From assembly GCA_963805975.1 (NCBI GenBank), contig CAWDVR010000005.1, positions 416,001 to 480,000 of the forward strand: a stretch of 64,000 nt of DNA, given 5' to 3'. The DNA is from an uncultured Acidobacteriota bacterium. GTDB taxonomy: Bacteria; Acidobacteriota; Thermoanaerobaculia; Multivoradales; SZUA-115. The notes beneath the pieces are model-generated. The model saw only the letters and a list, made by a program, of their open reading frames with translations, did no database searches and had not been told where the DNA came from. The number at the start of each line of letters is the position of its first letter. Within the stretch, counting starts at the first letter, position 1. Made by a program: the position numbers and the translations under genes. Positions 39,552 through 48,599 of this stretch are shown piece by piece.

Positions 39552-39557
39552 TATAAT
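39552..39557 (+). promoter_or_regulatory. -10 hexamer TATAAT, probable leaderless start of relA/spoT
   Basis: Perfect TATAAT 7 nt before the GTG at 39565; no Shine-Dalgarno. Confidence 0.55.
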
Positions 39558-39564
39558 CCTTGCC

Positions 39565-41790
39565 GTGAAGACCGAAAGCCTGCCGCCCCCACCCGTCAAG
39601 GGCCGGGGGCGGGTGCGCTTCGAGGACGTCGTCGAACGGCTGGAGGCCCAGGGCCGGCCCTTCGACCGCGAGGGCCTGCGCGCGGTCCACGAGTTCTCGG
39701 AGGCGATGCACAAGGACCAGCTCCGCCGGTCGGGAGAGCCCTTCTTCACGCATCCGTTGGCCGTCGCCTACCTGCTGGCCGACCTCAAGTTCGACGAGAC
39801 CTGCGTCGCGGTGGGCCTGCTGCACGACGTGCTGGAGGACACGCTCACCACCCGGGAGGTGATCGGCGAGCGCTTCGGACCGGAGATCGCCGAGCTGGTC
39901 GAGGGCGTGACCAAGATCGGTCGCCATTCCTACGTGCGCCGCGACGAGGTCCAGGCCGAGACCTTCCGCAAGATGATCCTGGCCTCGGCCAAGGATCTGC
40001 GGGTGATCGTCATCAAGCTCGCCGACCGGCTGCACAACATGCTCACCCTGGAGCACCTGCCGCCGGAGAAGCGGCGCCGCATCTCGCGCGAGACGCTCGA
40101 GATCTACGCCCCGATCGCCCATCGCCTGGGGATGGCGCGGGTGCAGGGCGATCTCGAGGATCTCGCCTTCTACCACCTCTATCCGCACCAGTTCACCGAG
40201 CTGCACTCGAAGATCAAAGAGAAGATGAAGGTCGGTCACGACGCCATCGAGCGCCTGCGGCGCCGCCTGGCGACGGCGCTCGAGGAAGCGGGGATCGAGG
40301 CCGAGATCAGCTCACGGGTGAAGCGCTACTACTCGATCTACAGGAAGCTCCTGCGCCAGGGGATCGACATCTCGCAGCTCTACGATTACCTGGCTTTCCG
40401 CGTCGTCACCCCCAACCTGCGCGACACCTACGCCGCGCTGGGGGTGGTGCACCAGAGCTGGCGCCCGATACCGGGCCGGTTCAAGGACTACATCGCGATG
40501 CCGAAGCCCAACCTCTACCAGTCGCTCCACACCACGGTGGTGAGCGACACCGGCCAGCCGTTCGAGGTGCAGATCCGCACCCGCGAGATGGACCTGGTGG
40601 CCGAGGAAGGCATCGCCGCTCACTGGCGCTACAAGGAAGGCAAGGGCGGGCCGGCGACCACGGACCGCAACATCCTCTGGCTGCGGCAGTTGCTCGAGTG
40701 GCAGAAGGAGGTGCAGGACCCGCGCACCTTCCTGACCTCGCTCAAGCTCGATCTCTATCCGGAGGAGGTCTACGTCTTCACGCCCAAGGGCGACGTGATG
40801 TCGTTCCCGCGCGGCGCCACCCCGCTCGACTTCGCCTACAAGGTGCACACCGATGTCGGCCACCACTGCTCGGGGGCGCGCATCAACGGCCGGCTCGTGA
40901 CGCTGCGCACGGCGCTCGCGAACGGCGACATGGTGGAGGTGATCACCAACCCCAACCGGGCGCCGAGCCGGGACTGGTTGAATTTGGTGGCCACCTCGCG
41001 GGCCAAGAACAAGATCCGCCAGTGGTTGAACGCGCAGCAGAAGAACCGCGCCATGGAGCTCGGGGCCAGGATGCTGGAGCGCGAGGCACGACGCTATCGG
41101 ACGAGCCTCAAGAAGCTCTTGGAAAGCCCCGCGCTCGCCGCGCTGATCGTCGAGGAAGGGTTGTCCAAGGTCGAGGATCTCTACAGCCGCATCGGCTTCG
41201 GGCGCACCCAGCCGCGGCAGGTGCTGGCGCGGCTCCTGCCGTCAGAGCAGCTCGTCGAGCCACCCAAGGAGAGCCGTCTCCGGCGCGTGGTCAGCCGCAT
41301 TCTGCCGCAACGGGGCGGACCGATCGCGGTCAAGGGCCACGGCGACGTGCTGGCGTATCTCGCCAAGTGTTGCAGCCCGCTGCCCGGCGAGGGCATCGTC
41401 GGCTACGTGACCCGCGGCCACGGCATCTCGGTGCATTCGGTCGACTGCCCGAACGTCAAGAACCTGCTGTTCAACCCGGAGCGGGAGATCGAGGTCGAGT
41501 GGGCGAAGGGAGCCGAGGAGCGCTACCGCATCAGCCTGGTGATAGAGACCGAGAACCGCCCGGGCATCCTGGCCAAGCTCACGGACACCATCGCCAAGCT
41601 CGACACCAACATCGCCCAGTTCGATGCCGACACCCCGGAGGCCGGCCGCGGCGAGATCCAGGTGGTGGTCGAGCTGCGCGACCTCAAGCACCTCGAGAAG
41701 CTGCGGCGCGGTATCCAGGCGGTGCCCGGCGTGTTGCGAGTGGACCGGAGGATGGGAACTTCGACGACCGCCGCGGAAGGCTTGCCCTAG
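39565..41790 (+). CDS. spoT: Bifunctional (p)ppGpp synthetase/hydrolase (RelA/SpoT)
   Basis: HD domain LLHDVLEDT, KLADRLHN; synthetase RFKDY, YQSLHT, EVQIRT; TGS, CC and ACT domains. Confidence 0.95.
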   Translation: MKTESLPPPPVKGRGRVRFEDVVERLEAQGRPFDREGLRAVHEFSEAMHKDQLRRSGEPFFTHPLAVAYLLADLKFDETCVAVGLLHDVLEDTLTTREVIGERFGPEIAELVEGVTKIGRHSYVRRDEVQAETFRKMILASAKDLRVIVIKLADRLHNMLTLEHLPPEKRRRISRETLEIYAPIAHRLGMARVQGDLEDLAFYHLYPHQFTELHSKIKEKMKVGHDAIERLRRRLATALEEAGIEAEISSRVKRYYSIYRKLLRQGIDISQLYDYLAFRVVTPNLRDTYAALGVVHQSWRPIPGRFKDYIAMPKPNLYQSLHTTVVSDTGQPFEVQIRTREMDLVAEEGIAAHWRYKEGKGGPATTDRNILWLRQLLEWQKEVQDPRTFLTSLKLDLYPEEVYVFTPKGDVMSFPRGATPLDFAYKVHTDVGHHCSGARINGRLVTLRTALANGDMVEVITNPNRAPSRDWLNLVATSRAKNKIRQWLNAQQKNRAMELGARMLEREARRYRTSLKKLLESPALAALIVEEGLSKVEDLYSRIGFGRTQPRQVLARLLPSEQLVEPPKESRLRRVVSRILPQRGGPIAVKGHGDVLAYLAKCCSPLPGEGIVGYVTRGHGISVHSVDCPNVKNLLFNPEREIEVEWAKGAEERYRISLVIETENRPGILAKLTDTIAKLDTNIAQFDADTPEAGRGEIQVVVELRDLKHLEKLRRGIQAVPGVLRVDRRMGTSTTAAEGLP

Positions 41791-41806
41791 CGGCGGCCGG
41801 GCCCGG

Positions 41807-42034
41807 TTACGGGGTGGGAGAGGCGTCCGGCTGCCAGGTGCGGACCAGCGGCTTCTGGACCGCGCCGCTGCGCAGGCAACGCGTGCAGACCCGGACGTGC
41901 CGCGGAGTGCCGTTCACCAGAGCTCTGACGCGCTGGAGGTTGGGCTCCATCTTGCGGTTGGTGACGTTGTGAGCGTGACTGACCTTGCGGCCGAACGTGG
42001 TGCCCTTGCCGCAGATCTCGCATTGTTTGGCCAT
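41807..42034 (-). CDS. rpmB: 50S ribosomal protein L28 (Zn-binding form)
   Basis: MAKQCEICGKGTTFGRKVSHAHN..PNLQ..VCTRCLRSG. Confidence 0.96.
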   Translation of the reverse strand: MAKQCEICGKGTTFGRKVSHAHNVTNRKMEPNLQRVRALVNGTPRHVRVCTRCLRSGAVQKPLVRTWQPDASPTP

Positions 42035-42149
42035 GGCCTCGAGCTCCCTGACTGCTGAGTGACCCTGCTGACTTTGAATTGGCTGACTGACTTGGCTATG
42101 AACACCGATCGAGGTCGAGCATGAGCCGGACCTCGGCACAGAGCCACGA

Positions 42150-42179
42150 AGAGTACCAGACTGGGGCTCCGCCGTTCAA
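42150..42179 (-). promoter_or_regulatory. Sigma70 promoter for rpmB
   Basis: Minus strand TTGAAC-N18-TACTCT with extended TG. Confidence 0.55.
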
Positions 42180-42223
42180 GGACTTGCGTGGCTGGCCTAT
42201 ATGGCCATAGATGTATCTTCCTC

Positions 42224-42252
42224 TTGACACCCCTATTTCTTGATGCTAGCCT
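42224..42252 (+). promoter_or_regulatory. Sigma70 promoter for the pilMNOPQ operon
   Basis: TTGACA-N17-TAGCCT with extended -10 TG. Confidence 0.7.
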
Positions 42253-42316
42253 CGAGCCAAGCTTTAAGTTTTAGCCCGTAAGTTGGCGTAACCACAGGAC
42301 TTTGGGGGCCTAGACT

Positions 42317-43375
42317 GTGCTTTTCTCACGCACCAAAGGCTTGGTCGGTCTGGACATCGGTAGTTCGGCGATCAAGCTCGTCGAGCTCAAAGAGCGCCGT
42401 GCAGGCGAGTTCCATCTCCAGCGGTTGGGGGTCGAACCGCTCTCGCCGGAGGCCATCGTCGACGGCTCGATCATGGATTCCTCGCTGGTGGTCGACGCCA
42501 TCCACAAGCTGAACGACGAGACCAAGGTCAAGACCACGAACTACGGCACCTCGCTCTCCGGCCACTCGGTGATCGTCAAGAAGATCCAGCTCCCGGCCAT
42601 GGCTCCCGAAGAGCTCGCCGAGTCCATCCAGTGGGAGGCCGAGCAGTACATCCCCTTCGACATCCAGGACGTGCGCCTCGACTATGTGGTGCTGTCCGAA
42701 GGCGAGCCCGGCCGCGACAACATGGAAGTCCTGCTGGTCGCCGTCAAACGCGACAAGGTCAACGACTACGTGTCGGTGATCAGCCAGACGGGGAAGGCCC
42801 CGGTGCTGGTCGACATCGACGCCTTTGCGGTGCAGAACGCCTACGAGGTCAACTACGACCTCGACCTGCTGAAGACGGTGGCGCTGATCAACATGGGCGC
42901 CGGGGTGACCAACATCAATATCCTGGCCCGCGGCTCGACCGTCTTCTGGCGCGACATCTCTTTCGGCGGCAACCAGTTCACCGAGGCGCTGCAGCGCGAG
43001 TTCAACCTCTCCTTCGAACAGGCCGAGGCGTTGAAGAAGGGCGAGACCGTGGACCGCTATGGTCTCGCGGAGGCCAAGCCCGTGCTCGACGCGGTGTCGG
43101 CGGAGATGGCCGAGGAGATCCGCAAGACCTTCGACTTCTTCTCGGCGACCGCTTCCGAGGGCCCGGTCGACGAGCTGGTCCTCGCCGGGGGCTGCGCCCT
43201 GACGCCGAATCTGCAGCAGGTGCTCTCCGACCGCTTCCAGGTCCCGACCGAGCTGATGAACCCGCTGCGCCGCATCCGCTACAAAGAAGGGGACTTCGCG
43301 AGCGAGTGGCTGTCGTCGATCGCGCCGATGCTGGCGGTATCGGTCGGCCTGGCCGTGCGCAGAGTGGGGGACTAG
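42317..43375 (+). CDS. pilM: Type IV pilus assembly protein PilM
   Basis: VGLDIGSSAIK, WEAEQYIPF, DISFGG, VLAGGCA, VGLAVR. Confidence 0.95.
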   Translation: MLFSRTKGLVGLDIGSSAIKLVELKERRAGEFHLQRLGVEPLSPEAIVDGSIMDSSLVVDAIHKLNDETKVKTTNYGTSLSGHSVIVKKIQLPAMAPEELAESIQWEAEQYIPFDIQDVRLDYVVLSEGEPGRDNMEVLLVAVKRDKVNDYVSVISQTGKAPVLVDIDAFAVQNAYEVNYDLDLLKTVALINMGAGVTNINILARGSTVFWRDISFGGNQFTEALQREFNLSFEQAEALKKGETVDRYGLAEAKPVLDAVSAEMAEEIRKTFDFFSATASEGPVDELVLAGGCALTPNLQQVLSDRFQVPTELMNPLRRIRYKEGDFASEWLSSIAPMLAVSVGLAVRRVGD

Positions 43376-43381
43376 CCGTCC

Positions 43382-44065
43382 ATGATCAAGATCAATCTGC
43401 TTTCTGAGGGCAAGCGCCCGACGGCGGTGCGGCGTGCCAAGGCGACGGGCGGCCGGCTGTTCCGCTCGGAGGATCTGGCGAAGTGGCTGTTCGCCGGCGC
43501 GCTGCTGCTCCTGATCGCCGGCTTCGGCGTCTACTGGTGGATGCTCCACTCCGAGCTCGGCCGGACCCAGGACCAGATCGCGGACGTCAACGACGAGCTC
43601 AAAGAGCTCGCACCGATCATCAAGGAAGTGGCGGACTTCAAGGCCAAGAAGGCCGCGCTCGAGCACCAGATCCAGGTGATCAGCGACCTCAAGGCCAACC
43701 AGCGCGGCCCGGTCCGCATCCTGGACGAGGTGTCGCGCGGCCTGCCGGAGCTGCTCTGGTTGACGCGGCTGGACATGACCGCCAACAACGTGAGCATCAG
43801 CGGAGAGACCTTCTCGACCAACGCGGTCGCGGCCTTCATCGAGAACCTGGGCCGGGTCCCCGAGTTCCAGGAGCCGCGGCGCACCCAGGTGACGAGCGAG
43901 AAAGACATCTACAACTTTTCTCTCCAGTTCGGGTATCGGCCGGTGACGCAGGCCAACCCACTCCCGGAGACCGTGCCGCCGACTTCGCCGACGGGCACCG
44001 AGGCGGGCGCGGCGCCGGCTGCCGGCCCGGCCACCGCCTTGGGAACGGGCTCGCAGTCCCGCTGA
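43382..44065 (+). CDS. pilN: Type IV pilus assembly protein PilN
   Basis: MIKINLL motif, transmembrane helix, coiled coil, LP..LWLT. Confidence 0.92.
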   Translation: MIKINLLSEGKRPTAVRRAKATGGRLFRSEDLAKWLFAGALLLLIAGFGVYWWMLHSELGRTQDQIADVNDELKELAPIIKEVADFKAKKAALEHQIQVISDLKANQRGPVRILDEVSRGLPELLWLTRLDMTANNVSISGETFSTNAVAAFIENLGRVPEFQEPRRTQVTSEKDIYNFSLQFGYRPVTQANPLPETVPPTSPTGTEAGAAPAAGPATALGTGSQSR

Positions 44066-44078
44066 TCGGAGGACAGCC

Positions 44079-44765
44079 GTGGCGCTTCTTGGCATCAGCT
44101 TCGACGGCAAGTCGCCCCAGTACGGGCTGGCGGTGGGGGCCTTCCTGGGCGCCCTCCTGGTCGGTGTCGGCTACTGGCAGCTTGCCATCCCGAAACAGAA
44201 AGAGATCAAGAAGCAGAAGGCCGAGCTGCGCAAGCTGGAGGACAAGCGCGACGAAGCGCGCGCCGCGGCCCAGAGCCTGCCGCAGTTTCGCGAGGAGGTG
44301 GGCCGCCTCACCTTCGAGCTCGTCAAGCTGAAGCGCATCCTGCCCCCCAAGCGCAACACCCAGGAGCTGCTGCGCAAAGTGCGCACCTTGGCCGAGGCGG
44401 GCGACTTCGATCTCAACGTGTTCAAAGAAGGCAACGAACAGCAAAAAGAGTTCTACAGCGAGTGGCCGATCGACATCGCGCTCGAGGGCAGCTACCACAA
44501 CCTGGCCTTGTTCTTCGACAAGATCAGCCGTTTCCCGCGCATCCTGAACATCGACAAGCTGACGATCTCCGCCACCCCGCGGCAGTCCGATGCCCGAACG
44601 ATTCAGGCGACCTTCGTCACCAAGACCTTCTTCTACAACGAGGTACCGGAAGAGGGCGAGGCGACGGCCGGAGGGGCTCAGGCCGGCGGCGCGGCGGGCG
44701 AGATCGGCAAGGCGGTGGGCGACGCCAAGAGGAAGCCGGCGGCAAGGAAGGGCGGCGATGCGTAG
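44079..44765 (+). CDS. pilO: Type IV pilus assembly protein PilO
   Basis: Transmembrane helix, coiled coil, EFYSEWPI..GSYHNLALFFDKISRFPRILNI. Confidence 0.92.
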   Translation: MALLGISFDGKSPQYGLAVGAFLGALLVGVGYWQLAIPKQKEIKKQKAELRKLEDKRDEARAAAQSLPQFREEVGRLTFELVKLKRILPPKRNTQELLRKVRTLAEAGDFDLNVFKEGNEQQKEFYSEWPIDIALEGSYHNLALFFDKISRFPRILNIDKLTISATPRQSDARTIQATFVTKTFFYNEVPEEGEATAGGAQAGGAAGEIGKAVGDAKRKPAARKGGDA

Positions 44766-45330
44766 AGCCAGCGAGTTCCCGTCCCGCCTGCTCTTGACCG
44801 TCGCGGCCCTGGCCGCGCTCGCCCTCGGCGCCTTCCCGCTCTCCTCCGCGCGAGCGCAGCCGGCCGAGCAGCAACCGGCCGAGACCGCAGCGGAGGAGGA
44901 GACGACACCGCGCGAGAGTGGCGTCGTGGCGCCGCTGCCGTCGCTCGAGGACATCGACGAGATTCTCGAAGGTGAGGAAGCCACTCTGTCGGGAGGCGGC
45001 TACACCTACGATCAGGGTGGCCGTCGCGACCCGTTCAAGTCGCTGAAGATCGCCGCCACCGAGGTGCGCTTCAAGGGGCCGCGGCCGCAAGGCATCCCCG
45101 GCCTCCTGATCGACGAGGTGGTGTTGGCCGGCATCTTCAAGACCACCAAGGGCTACATCGCCCAGGTGCAGTCCTCGGAGAAGAAGAGCTTCCTGCTCAA
45201 GGTGGGCGATCAGCTCTTCGACGGCGACGTGATCTCGATCACCTCCCGAGAGATCGTTTTCAAGCAAAACGTTCAAGACCCAACAGCCCTGAAGCCGTTC
45301 CGCGAGGTGGTCAAGAGCCTCAACCCGTAG
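44758..45330 (+). CDS. pilP: PilP-like protein
   Basis: YDQGGRRDPF motif, LKVGDQLFDG; lies between pilO and pilQ. Confidence 0.75.
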   Translation: MRRASEFPSRLLLTVAALAALALGAFPLSSARAQPAEQQPAETAAEEETTPRESGVVAPLPSLEDIDEILEGEEATLSGGGYTYDQGGRRDPFKSLKIAATEVRFKGPRPQGIPGLLIDEVVLAGIFKTTKGYIAQVQSSEKKSFLLKVGDQLFDGDVISITSREIVFKQNVQDPTALKPFREVVKSLNP

Positions 45331-45370
45331 CTCGAACACAGCCTGGCGCCGGCAAAGGGAGGCGAGTGTC

Positions 45371-47995
45371 ATGGGAGATTTGGTGAAACGCGAACCAGAC
45401 GTCAAGCGGCGATGGAGCGCCTTGACGGCGGCCACGGTCATCTTCCTCGCGCTGGCGTGCTCGTCGTCCGGCAGCCGATCGGTGGCCACCACCACCATGC
45501 CGCCGGTCCGGGAGAGCTCTCCCACGGCGCCGGTGGCGCCGCCGCCGATCGCGATCGAGTCGATCGACCTGACCGAAGGCGCGCCGGGCATGCGCGTCGA
45601 CCTCGCCGCCAGCGGGCCCCTGGTCTGGACCAGCTACCGTACCGACGAGGGCAAGCTCGTGGTCGAGCTGCCCAACAGCGTGCCGGGCGCGGCCGTGCCC
45701 TCGACCGTCCCCGGCAGCGGCCTCGTCGCCTCGATCGCCATCGACAGCGAGAACAACAACTCGCGTCCCCTGACGCGCTTGACCGTCGTCACCACGGGCG
45801 CGGTCGAGCACTCCCTGGTCGCCGACGGCAACGTGCTCCACCTCGAGCTCAACCCGGTACAGCAGCAGGGCATCGAGTCCGAGGCGCCGGCCGCGCTCGC
45901 CTATGAGCCCGTGCCGGAGCAGCCGGCCGCCCCGGCCCCGACGGCGGGTGCGGCACCGGCGTACGCTGAGCCCCCTCACCGGGCGCAGGTCGACCTCGGG
46001 ACGCTCGAGAACCCGCACCACTCGCCGCCTCCTACCGGCCCGCTCGCCACCCGTCTGGAGGCGATCGAGGCCTTGGACAACGGTACGGTGCGGGTCGCCG
46101 GCGACGGCGAGTTCTCCTATTCGACCTTCCGCCTCGAGGGCCCGGAGCGTTTCGTCATCGATCTCAACGGGGTGATCAACGCTGCGCCCGCGTCGACCGT
46201 GCCGGTGAATGGCAGCCTGGTGCGCCGGGTGCGCACCGCGCAGTTCAAGCCCATGCCGCAACCGGTGTCGCGGGTGGTCTTCGACCTCGAAGGCCCCGCT
46301 TGGCCCGAGATCGACCGCGCGGCCCACGGCCTGACCGTGCGCTTCGTCGAACCCGAGGCTGTGGCCTCCGGGGTCGCCGTCTCGAGCCCCAGCCCCGAGC
46401 CGTCGAGCCCCGAGCTTTCGAGCCCGGAGCCCTCGAGCCCACCGCAGCCCGTCTCGAGCCCGGAACCAGCCTACGTGGCGCCCGCGCCGGCCGCGAGCCG
46501 CCCCGAGCCCGCGTACGTGCCGCCGGCCCCTGAGGAGGAGCCGGAGATGGCAGCGGCACCGAGCGTGGTGCCTGCCCAGCCGGTCCCCATGCCGGCGCGT
46601 ATCGAGCCGCCACGGCCCGCCGCCGAGCGAGCGCCGCGCCGCCCGCCGCCGACCAATGACCTCGCGGCCTACGTGGCCGAGGTGACGACGGCGGCGCCGG
46701 TCGAGAGCGAGGGCCCGGTAGACCGCGTCTTCACCACCAAGACCTTCGGTGCGCGGACCATGTCGGGCCAGGAGCGCACCTATTCGGGCGACACCATCTC
46801 GATGACGCTGCGCGACGCCGACCTCGTCGAGACGCTGCGCAGCTTCGCCGCCATCTCGGGGCTGTCGGTCGTCATTCAGCCGGAGGTCAAGGGCTCGGTC
46901 ACGGTCGAGCTCAACAACGTACCCTGGGATCAGGCCCTGGAGCAGATCCTGCGCGTCAACCGCCTGGGCTACGAGCTCGAAGGCACGGTGATGCGCATCG
47001 CTCCGGTCAAGATCCTCAAGGACGAGGCCAAGGAGCAGCAGGAGCTGATGGCTGCCAAGGCCTTGCAGGTGCCGCTCAAGACCATCATGCGGCGGCTCTC
47101 CTACGGCACTGCGAGGGACGTCGCGACCTTGCTCGCGGTGCGCGGCGGCATCCTTTCCCAGCGCGGCAGCGTGTGGGTCGACAAGCGCACCAACTCTCTG
47201 ATCATCAAAGAGCTGCCCGAGTACATGGACACCGTGACCGCGGTGATCAACGAGCTCGACACCCCCGAGCCGCAGGTGATGATCGAGGCGCGGATCGTCG
47301 AGACCACCAAGCGCTTCACGCGCTCGCTGGGCGTCCAGTGGGCGGCCGCCGGCGAAGCGAGCCCCCGCCTCGGCAATACTACCGGCCTGGTGTTCCCCAA
47401 CAACGTTCAGGGCCAGGGCGGGGTGAACCTGATCACCGGCGCCAGGAACGGCTTCCTCAACCTCTCGCTCGGCAACGTCCTGAACAGCTTCAACCTCGAC
47501 CTCAACCTGCAAGCGGCCGAGAGCGAGGGCCTGATCCGCATCCTCTCGGCGCCCAAGGTCGCGGTGCTCAACAACGAGGAAGCCGAGATCCAGAGCGGCT
47601 TGCAGATCCCCGTCCAGACGATCACCAACAACACGGTCACCACCCAGTTCGTCAAGGCCACCCTGTCGCTCCAGGTGACGCCGCACGTGACGGCCGAGGG
47701 CACCGTGCTGATGGAGCTCGAGGTGAGAAAGCGCGAGCCGCAGCTCGCCTTCGCCGTCGCCGGCGCCAACAACGCGCCGATCGCCACCAAGGAAGCGCGC
47801 ACCCGGGTGATCGTCCGCGACGGCGGCACCACCGTCATCGGCGGCATCTACAAGGTGACGAGCGACCAGGGCCAGGACCGTGTGCCTGGCCTCGCCAACA
47901 TCCCGATCATCGGCGAGATCTTCAAGAACCGCCGCCGCACGGACGAGAACGAAGAGCTCCTGATCTTCATCACCCCGCGGGTGGTCAACCTGTAG
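45371..47995 (+). CDS. pilQ: Type IV pilus secretin PilQ with AMIN domains
   Basis: Lipobox LALAC, AMIN-like domains, Pro-rich linker, VPWDQAL, DKRTNSLII, QVMIEARIVE, VPGLANIPIIG, ELLIFITPR. Confidence 0.95.
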   Translation: MGDLVKREPDVKRRWSALTAATVIFLALACSSSGSRSVATTTMPPVRESSPTAPVAPPPIAIESIDLTEGAPGMRVDLAASGPLVWTSYRTDEGKLVVELPNSVPGAAVPSTVPGSGLVASIAIDSENNNSRPLTRLTVVTTGAVEHSLVADGNVLHLELNPVQQQGIESEAPAALAYEPVPEQPAAPAPTAGAAPAYAEPPHRAQVDLGTLENPHHSPPPTGPLATRLEAIEALDNGTVRVAGDGEFSYSTFRLEGPERFVIDLNGVINAAPASTVPVNGSLVRRVRTAQFKPMPQPVSRVVFDLEGPAWPEIDRAAHGLTVRFVEPEAVASGVAVSSPSPEPSSPELSSPEPSSPPQPVSSPEPAYVAPAPAASRPEPAYVPPAPEEEPEMAAAPSVVPAQPVPMPARIEPPRPAAERAPRRPPPTNDLAAYVAEVTTAAPVESEGPVDRVFTTKTFGARTMSGQERTYSGDTISMTLRDADLVETLRSFAAISGLSVVIQPEVKGSVTVELNNVPWDQALEQILRVNRLGYELEGTVMRIAPVKILKDEAKEQQELMAAKALQVPLKTIMRRLSYGTARDVATLLAVRGGILSQRGSVWVDKRTNSLIIKELPEYMDTVTAVINELDTPEPQVMIEARIVETTKRFTRSLGVQWAAAGEASPRLGNTTGLVFPNNVQGQGGVNLITGARNGFLNLSLGNVLNSFNLDLNLQAAESEGLIRILSAPKVAVLNNEEAEIQSGLQIPVQTITNNTVTTQFVKATLSLQVTPHVTAEGTVLMELEVRKREPQLAFAVAGANNAPIATKEARTRVIVRDGGTTVIGGIYKVTSDQGQDRVPGLANIPIIGEIFKNRRRTDENEELLIFITPRVVNL
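46381..46530 (+). repeat. Degenerate TCGAGCCC-based tandem repeats encoding the SSPEP/PEPAYV linker of PilQ
   Basis: SSPSPEPSSPELSSPEPSSPPQPVSSPEPAYV..RPEPAYV. Confidence 0.6.
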
Positions 47996-48013
47996 GTCGG
48001 AGGTAGCTGCACC

Positions 48014-48568
48014 ATGCGAAACGCACTAGCCTGTCTGGGGTTGATCACTCTCGCCGTCGCTGCGGCGAGCTGCAACTCTCGCACCGACACGTCGGAAGGC
48101 AGCGTCATACTCTCGATCACCGACTTCGATGAGCTCACCTCCGAGGTCAGTGTCAACAATGCCGCCGTCTTGGGTATCGTCCCCATCGGCGAGGTGACGG
48201 TGTCCAATTTTTCCAAGGACCCTAGCGGCCTGAGCAGCAACCTGATGGATATCGAGCTGCGATCCTACGAGGTGGTTTTCACGCGCGCCGATCGCGGCAC
48301 TCGCCGGCCGCCGACCCGGGTGTCGGGAATCTTCGGTGCCGTGCCGGTTGGCGGTACCAACACCATCGAAAACATACGGATCATGAGCCTCGATCAGCTC
48401 AATACGACACCCCTGGCCGATCTCCTCTTCCAGAACGGCGGCTTCGACAAGGAGACGGGCGAGGACACCATTCAGGTCAACTGCCACCTGACGTTTTTTG
48501 GCCGCACTCTCGCCGGCGACAACGTCAGGTCGAACACAGCCTCCTGGGTCATCCAGTTCACGCCATAG
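48014..48568 (+). CDS. Hypothetical lipoprotein downstream of pilQ
   Basis: GGAGG RBS; lipobox AAASC; beta-rich sequence. Confidence 0.75.
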   Translation: MRNALACLGLITLAVAAASCNSRTDTSEGSVILSITDFDELTSEVSVNNAAVLGIVPIGEVTVSNFSKDPSGLSSNLMDIELRSYEVVFTRADRGTRRPPTRVSGIFGAVPVGGTNTIENIRIMSLDQLNTTPLADLLFQNGGFDKETGEDTIQVNCHLTFFGRTLAGDNVRSNTASWVIQFTP

Positions 48569-48599
48569 CCCAGGGATTGGGTAATCAGGGAGAGCAGCG

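Noticed and set aside
38617-39564. 316-aa N-terminal extension of RelA/SpoT
   Set aside because: Off-frame overlap with secDF; homology and TATAAT support a start at 39565.
46381-46530. CRISPR-like repeats
   Set aside because: Short degenerate coding repeats with no spacers; no cas genes anywhere in the window.
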